Assembly: GCF_004010195.1 (NCBI RefSeq)
Contig: NC_057718.1
Span: 22,161,714 to 22,202,388 of the forward strand
Reading direction: 5' to 3'
DNA length: 40,675 nucleotides
Source: Chiloscyllium plagiosum
Taxonomy: Eukaryota
Of the stretch, positions 34,096 to 40,675 are shown piece after piece. Position 1 is the stretch's first letter. Every line of letters begins with the position of its first letter. Below the pieces are notes generated by a model. It saw only the letters and a list, made by a program, of their open reading frames with translations, had not been told where the DNA came from and searched no databases. A program made the position numbers and the translations under genes.

Positions 34096-34434
34096 TATTC
34101 ATTCAATGATTATGGATATCACTGCTAAGCCAGCATTTATTGCTAATCCCCAATTGGCCAGTGGTCAGTTAAGAGTCAGCCACATTGCACTGGTTCTGAA
34201 GCCATATGTAAGTCAGACTAGTTAAGGATGGCTGATTTCTTCCTCGAGAGGATATGAATGAATTGATGGGCTTTTATTATAGTTGACAAATTACATACTT
34301 ACCATTAGTGAGGCTTTTAATTCCAGATTTTTATTGAATTCAAGTATCACCATCTGCCATGGTAGGGATTCAAGCCCATGTCCCCAGAACAAAAGCCGAA
34401 GGTTCTGGATGAGGAGTCCAGTGACATTATCACC
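34096..34434 (-). mobile_element. tRNA-derived SINE, same family as 9686-10016
   Basis: cagttaagagtcagccacattgc and ttgaattcaa..caccatctgccatg are reverse complements of motifs in 9686-10016. Confidence 0.85.
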
Positions 34435-35100
34435 AATCCATTTAATCCCCACTATAGATGTCTGCTAGTATACATTTATATTAACAGAAATTTCAAGTGA
34501 GAGTTTTTCTGTAATTTTATTTCATCTCAGGGAATACTGCATTCAATTTTGGTCTCTCTGCTATAGGAAAGATGTTGTTACAACTTGAAAGGATTGAGAA
34601 AAGATTTACAAATATGCTGTCAGGATTGAAGGGTTTGAGCTATAGGTAGAGGCTACATAGGCTGGGTCTGTTTTCTCCAGAGTGTCAGAGGCTTCGGGGT
34701 GACCTTTTAGAAGTTTATAAAATCTTGAGGGCATGGATAGGGTGAATAATCATGGTCTTTTTCCCAGGGTAAGGGAGTTAAAAACTAAAGGGCATAGGCT
34801 TGACTTGAGAGAGGAGAGTTTTAAAAGGAACCTAAGAGGCAACTTTTCACGCAGAGGGTGGTGCGTGTATGGAATAAGCTGCCAGAGGAAGTGGTAGAGG
34901 CTGGTACAATTACAACATTTAGAAAGCATCTGGATGGGTACAGGTTGTCCTGTCATAGCTTGCATTTCGTCAACATGAATTTGCTGTAATGCAATTGACG
35001 AATTGGGGATGTCGTTTCTAAAGCGTGAACTTTTAAAATGTGTGTTGGCTATAATGTGATTACATCACCAGCACGTTAAATGCTGTTTCTAAAGCGCGAG

Positions 35101-36029
35101 CCATGTTTCTGTATTTGCTATGATATCCCAGTCCTATGTACCTAACCATGCCCTGAGTTCACTGCCTTCCCTGTTAGGTCCCTTGCATTGAAATAAATGC
35201 AGTGTAATTTATTAATCCTACCTTGTTCTCTGCTTTGTCCCTGCCTGTTTGACTCACTTCTTTTCTTAAGTACCAGTCTCAGATTGATCTCTTTCCTCAC
35301 TATCTCACTGGGTCTCACCCCCCCCCCCCCACCTTACTAGTTCAAATCCTTCCAAGCAGCTCCAGCAAATTTCCCTGCCAGTATATTAGTCCCCTTCCAA
35401 TTTAGGTGCAATACATCCTTCTTGCACAGGTCACTTCTACCCCAAAAGAGATTTCAATGATCCAAAAATGTGAATCCTTCTCCCATACACCAGCTCCTCA
35501 GCCATGCATTCATCTGCTCTATCCTCCTATTCCTGCCCTCACTAGCTTGTAGCACCAGGAGTAATCCAGATATTACTACTCTCGAGGATCTCCTTTTTAA
35601 AATCCCGCCTAACTCTCTGTAATCTCCCTTCAGAATCTCAACCTTTTCCCTTCATATGTCATTGGTTCCAATGTGTACAATGACCTCCTGCTGGCCCCTC
35701 TCCCCCTTGAGAACATTGTGCACCCTGTCTGAGACATCCTTGATCCTGGCACCAGGGAAGCAACACACCATTCTGATTTTTCGCTGCTGGCCACAGAAAC
35801 GTCTGTCTGTACCTCGGAATAGAGAGTCCCATAACACAGTTGATCGCTTGGAGCCCTACGTACCCCTCGTTGTACTAGAGCCAGTCTCAATACCAGAAAC
35901 TTGGCTGTTTGTGCTATGTACCCCTGAGAATCCATTACCCCCTACATTTTCCAAGCAGCATATTTGTTTGAAATGGGGATAGCAACAGACTCTTGCAATA
36001 ACTGCCTACCTCTCTTGCCTTTCCTGGAT
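35101..36029 (-). mobile_element. CR1 ORF1 (SGNH esterase-like) plus start of ORF2, inverted
   Basis: DSLFRGTDRRFCG..VCCFPGARIKDV..VIVHIGTNDI..VVISGLL..MNAWLRSWC..DVLHLN; ends at ORF2 endonuclease WDIIANTETW. Confidence 0.93.
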
Positions 36030-36780
36030 TTATACACTTAATGGTAAGGTCCTAGGGAGTGTTGCTAAACAAAGAGACCTTGGAGTGCAGGTTCATAGCT
36101 CCTTGAAAGTGGAGGCGCAGGTAGATAGGATAGTGAAGAAGGCGTTTGGTCTGCTTTCCTTTATTGGTCAGAGTATTGAGTACAGGAGTTGGGAAGTCAT
36201 GTTGCGGCTGTACAGGACATTGGTTAGGCCACTGTTGGAATGTTGCGTGCAATTTGGTCTAGTTCCGATCGGAACGATGTTGTGAAACTTGAAAGGGTTC
36301 AGAAAAGATTTCCAAGGATGTTGCCAGGGTTGGAGGATTTGAGCTATAAGGAGAGGTTGAACAGGCTGGGGCTGTTTTCCCTGCAGGGTCGGAGGCTAAA
36401 GGGTGACCTTATAGAGGTTTATAAAATCATGATGGGCATGGATAGGAAAAATAGAGAAAGTCTTTTCCTTGGGGTGGGGGTTCCAGAACTAGAGGGCATA
36501 TGTTTCGGGTGAGAGGGGAATGATATAAAAGAGACCTAAGGGGCAATGTTTTTACGCAGAGGGTGGTACGTGTATGGAATGAGCTTCCAGAGGAAATGGT
36601 GGAGGCTGGTACAACTGCAACATTTAAAAGGCACCTGGATGGGTATATGAATAGGAAAGGTTTGGACGGACATGGGCCGGGTGCTGGCAGGTGGGACTAG
36701 ATCGGGTTGGGATATCTGGTCGGCATGGACGGGTTGGACCGAAGGGTCTGTTTCCATGCTGTACATCTCTATGGCTCTGA
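36030..36780 (+). mobile_element. CR1/HER1 ORF2 C-terminus plus 3' UTR
   Basis: QRDLGVQVHSSLKVEAQVDRIVKKAFG..LYRTLVRPLLE..LERVQKRF..RRLKGDLIEVYKIM; tail ctctatggctct. Confidence 0.96.
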
Positions 36781-38924
36781 CTTTTCTATAACACAGGGTT
36801 GCACAGGAATGCAATCATTGCTTTATAGAAGAACTGACTATATATGTATAGGAAGAGTTTGGAGGGATATAGGCCAAATGTGGCAAATGGGATTAAGTTG
36901 GGATATCTGGTCAGCATGGCTGGATTGGATCGAAGGATCTGTATAATTTTATTACTCCATGTATTTGTTCCTATATAATATATATATAAATTTCTCGACA
37001 TTACCTGAGTTATGAGGAAATTGCTAAGATTCAGTTATTTTCACATATATGTGAGGATATTGAATATTTGCCTTAGTTGATTTTAGTTGAGAATTGGAAT
37101 CTTTCATGCAAACTTATGGATGGAAATATAAGTGACCTATGTTATTTTGTGCTTAGAGTTCATTACTTCAAATTTATATTCCGCATGCACATGAAGAAGA
37201 AAATCACAGGGTTGGCAACATTTGTGTTATTAGTTGCTTATAGTGTATATGCATTTTCTGAATGGACCTTAACTGCAGCCTGCAAGAAATGTAATTTTTA
37301 GTGATATGCTGCCAATGTATTCCTTTATAGATCAGTTACAGGCCACACAGACACTTGCTGTGAATTTAAATTAATCCTGCTCTTGACCATTCTGTGAAGT
37401 GAATGCAACTATTTTGACTTGCTTTTGAGAGTGAACAATTAATTTTTGCATCAATTTCTTTTCAAAGTGTTTTTTTATATAATATAGCTGGAGAATTGAA
37501 CATTCTGAAAAAATTATTTGAAGTACACAACTAGTGCCCTAAGGTAATGTTGACTATTTTACATCATTGCCTTTAGGACTATATTTTCATATTCTACTAC
37601 TGGCTGGTGTAAAATTCCATGGCCTCCTTTCTCTCCAATGCTGGTTGTTAGGAAGTCAGCTTATTTCCTGCCCTCCCATAACTAGTAAACTGCAGTGAGT
37701 TGCCTTCTTGATGCCCACAGCTTTCCAACTGCATGGAAATGAAACTAACTATTCTTTGGATAGATGTTGATTCTGTTGTTCTACATCTATGCCTGAGGCT
37801 CATCACTGTCCTCTCTGTTCTGTCTCCAGTCTTCTTCTGTATTATGGAAAACAGTGATGGAATTGCAGGGTTTCCTCTGACACATTGTCTTGGGGACACG
37901 ATTTAGATAAGTGAGAAAATGACAGTATAGTCTGTAGACATAACCCACTTACTCTGTTACCACCAATGTCATAGCTGCTGTCTAGGAACCTAGGTAAATC
38001 ATTCAAGCTGAGTACAGCACACTTTTCAGAGCTGAAAATAGAAAGAAACATTTTATTGTTGAAATCTGACTTTGAAGATTGCAGCGTGAGCTGATTCCCA
38101 CTAATAAAATAGTTTTTATCAAAATTATAAGTAATTTTTATCATTTCCAATAGACATTAAAAATTATGAAATTCATATTGATGCAGCCGTGAAAGTTGGA
38201 TCACTTATGTTGTTAACATGTCAATCTTGAACTTCTAGTTGCAAAAGTGCAAATTTGAACATCGTACTATTTATATGTTTCAATGCACCAATGCTTCAGA
38301 TAGGTGATTGAAAGCATTGTTGAGTCTTCTTTGCTTACATTTAAAAGTGTAACAAAAAGTATGTATTCCTTTAGTGAATGCTTATTGTTACTTACGAACT
38401 TTTGAATCAAGTGACATTTATTTCTGCTGTAAAGGTACAGAAGCATCCTTTAGGAGTGGATGGAGCACATTAGAAAAGTCTGCAGTATAAAAATAATATA
38501 TACTTTTATTCTGCATTGAAGGAAAAGTTATGCTATAGCTCTGAGTAACTGGTGGCTAGTGGAATGCTGTATTAACATCAAGAGGATTCTTCACAGGTAC
38601 ATATTACATTAATATTCATGGCAGAAATCACTATCTTATGCAGTGTAATTAGCCTTAGGTAAAGGTTAGTGTATTTTAATGTAGGCAATGTGAATAATTC
38701 ATTCCCCATAGTTGAGAAAAGTGTGCTTTTAGCCAATGCCATAATGGCCACAGTATGTTATAGATGGAAAATAAATGGTTATTTATGCTAATGTCTGATA
38801 ATGAGGATCTATAACTTGAGCCGGAGGCCCTTAAGTGTACACAATGGGACTTTTTTTTATGCTACAGATGGCTATAGCCGCTGAAGAAAAGGGTGTTTAA
38901 GGACAACAGCATCAGATCCAATGC

Positions 38925-39460
38925 CAAGCTTGTGGTGGTTCCCACCCTCCTGTATGGCTCTACAATGTGAACTGTCTACAGTAGACACTACAACATCATG
39001 GAGTGGTACCAACTATGCAAGATCCTGTGAATCTGCTGGGAAGACAGATGCACCAACACCAGCATCCTCGACCAGGCCAACATCCCCAGCATTGAGGTAC
39101 TGACCACCATTGATCAACTGTGATGGGCTGGGCACATCATCCGCAGGACTGACACAAGACTCCCCAAGGAAATGCTCTATTCCCAGCTTCAAAATCTTCG
39201 AAATCAAAATCTCTCAACATCTGGAAATCACTGACTCAAGGCCATCCATAGTGGAGGGGGAGCACCTGGGAAGGCATCGAACCCTCGGAACTTGCTATCG
39301 GGAGTAAGTTAGGCAAAAAAAGCATATGGAGCACACTAACACTCCACCCATCCCTTCCCAAGAGTGGCAGAGTCTGCATATGCTGCATTGGATTATACAG
39401 CCATCTGTGGACTCCCTGAGAGTGGAAGAGAGTTATCGTCATCTGTGAGGGACTGCCAAT
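38925..39460 (+). mobile_element. RTE-clade LINE 3' fragment
   Basis: VVVPTLLYGS...KIL*ICWEDRCTNTSILDQANIPSIEVL..QL*WAGHIIR..DTRLPKEMLYSQL. Confidence 0.88.
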
Positions 39461-40117
39461 TATGATGGTGAGGCTAAAGTATCCCTGACTGTGGAAGAGA
39501 AAACTAACTAGTATATCTATTTTTGATTTGGATTCAATGACCTTGCTCAAAATCTACATGTATGGATATTAGATAAGGACAGAATTGGGATGAGAAGTAA
39601 TACTCTGTGTGATTGGACAGCCTGCCAGCATTCAACTGTTCATATTAATTACAGCTGCTTATCTGAGACACGCACAAGCACCCTGCAGTAATAGTATCTT
39701 CTCTCTTATCTACGCATTCAGGAAAGTAACAAGTAAAAACATTCAGGGAAAATGATAAGGTAAAGGGCTATATTTTGCTTCCAGGAGCAATTTTGATCAA
39801 TTACACTTGCAATATCCACAAACTTTATTCAGCATTGTGTGCTAATTGTAATTCACGAATCACTTCAGTGTGCTGTCCTTTACAAGGGAGCTGAGACCAG
39901 AGTGAGCAGAGCAAATAATGGTGTATCTCCTTAACCAATCAAATTGAAGAATCAGAGATGAGCAACGGAGAGTCTGAATCTGGAAGTGCCGTCAGAATAT
40001 TTAATTCAATGCCTAATCAACCTTAGAAAGTGGAATAAAGAGAGGAAAAGAAATATTGCATTAAGAAGGAGTTGGGGGGTGGGGAGTGAAGAGAGGGGTG
40101 TGTGGGGATAAGGAACT

Positions 40118-40184
40118 CATATAGCCATAGAGATATACAGCATGGAAACAGACCCTTCGGTTCAACTTGCCCATGTCGAACAGA
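40118..40184 (-). mobile_element. CR1/HER1 3' tail interrupted by Tx1
   Basis: catagagatatacagcatggaaacagacccttcgg, the reverse of the tail at 36737-36773. Confidence 0.85.
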
Positions 40185-40675
40185 TTTTTTTTTTTTATTT
40201 CAAAAATATACTTTATTCATATATATTTAATCTATACAATTGGACATGTCATCATTCTGTAAACATTCCATTTCTTTACGTATCGAAACAGGGTAATCAT
40301 TCATATTCACAGGTTAGTGCGATTACATTGAGCTCAGACGCCAGCGGAGCCCAAATGACTGCGTGGGTCCCCTGTTCTTCATTAGGCAGACAGATGTTAG
40401 GCGGTGGTCTTTCCCCACCGCGCCTTGGCGGCAGCTGCCCCAAGCTTCAGCGCGTCCCTCAACACATAGTCCTGGACCTTGGAATGTGCCAGTCTGCAAC
40501 ACTCAGTCGGGGTCAACTCCTTCAGCTGGAAGACCAACAGGTTTCGGACCACCCAGAGAGCGTCCTTCACCGAGTTGATGATCCTCCAGGCACAGTTGAT
40601 GTTCGTCTCGGTGTGCGTCCCAGGGAACAGGCCGTAGAGCACGGAGTCCCACGTCACGGCGCTGCTCGGGACGAA
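40185..40675 (-). mobile_element. Tx1-type (L1 clade) LINE 3' end, young; continues beyond the window
   Basis: ORF SVLYGLFPGTHTETNINCAWRIINSVKDALWVVRNLLVFQ..CCRLAHSKVQDYVLRD..WGKTTA*. Short 3' UTR, minus-strand AATAAA and poly(A) (T-run from 40185). CpG-rich. Confidence 0.9.

Larger units (their letters stand above)
34941..36840. mobile_element. Tigger-like MITE (34941-35100 plus 36781-36840), split by a CR1 insertion
   Basis: TA TSD (34939-34940, 36841-36842). Degenerate TIRs caggttgtcctgtcatag / ttatagaagaactgacta. Internal repeat gtttctaaagcg x2. Confidence 0.7.
34530..36940 (+). mobile_element. CR1/HER1 3' fragment (34530-34940 plus 36843-36940), host of nested insertions
   Basis: ..QRVVRVWNKLPEEVVEAGTITTFRKHLDG|TA resumes at 36843 tatgtataggaagagtttggagggatat, colinear with the intact copy at 36560-36760. 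Confidence 0.9.

Overview
Vertebrate non-coding (intronic or intergenic) DNA, very likely from an elasmobranch (shark), inferred from HE1-type tRNA-derived V-SINEs, their partner CR1/HER1-type LINEs and shark-type Penelope fragments. No recognisable intact protein-coding gene, rRNA, tRNA or CRISPR array was found, and there is one assembly gap (2691-3442). More than half of the window is decayed transposon sequence: CR1, L2, RTE and Tx1 LINE fragments, two Penelope families (GIY-YIG endonuclease, minimal hammerhead ribozyme cores), three SINE families, a fossil Gypsy pol, two solo LTRs and Tigger-like MITEs. Many are nested with readable target-site duplications (TSDs). The most unusual item is a ~1.2 kb decayed minus-strand reading frame (17040-18270) whose layout suggests a viral or retroelement envelope (class I fusion) glycoprotein fossil; this is unverified. 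A few candidate exons and repeat-free islands are reported at low confidence. Family names come from recalled motifs, not database searches, and old-repeat boundaries are approximate.
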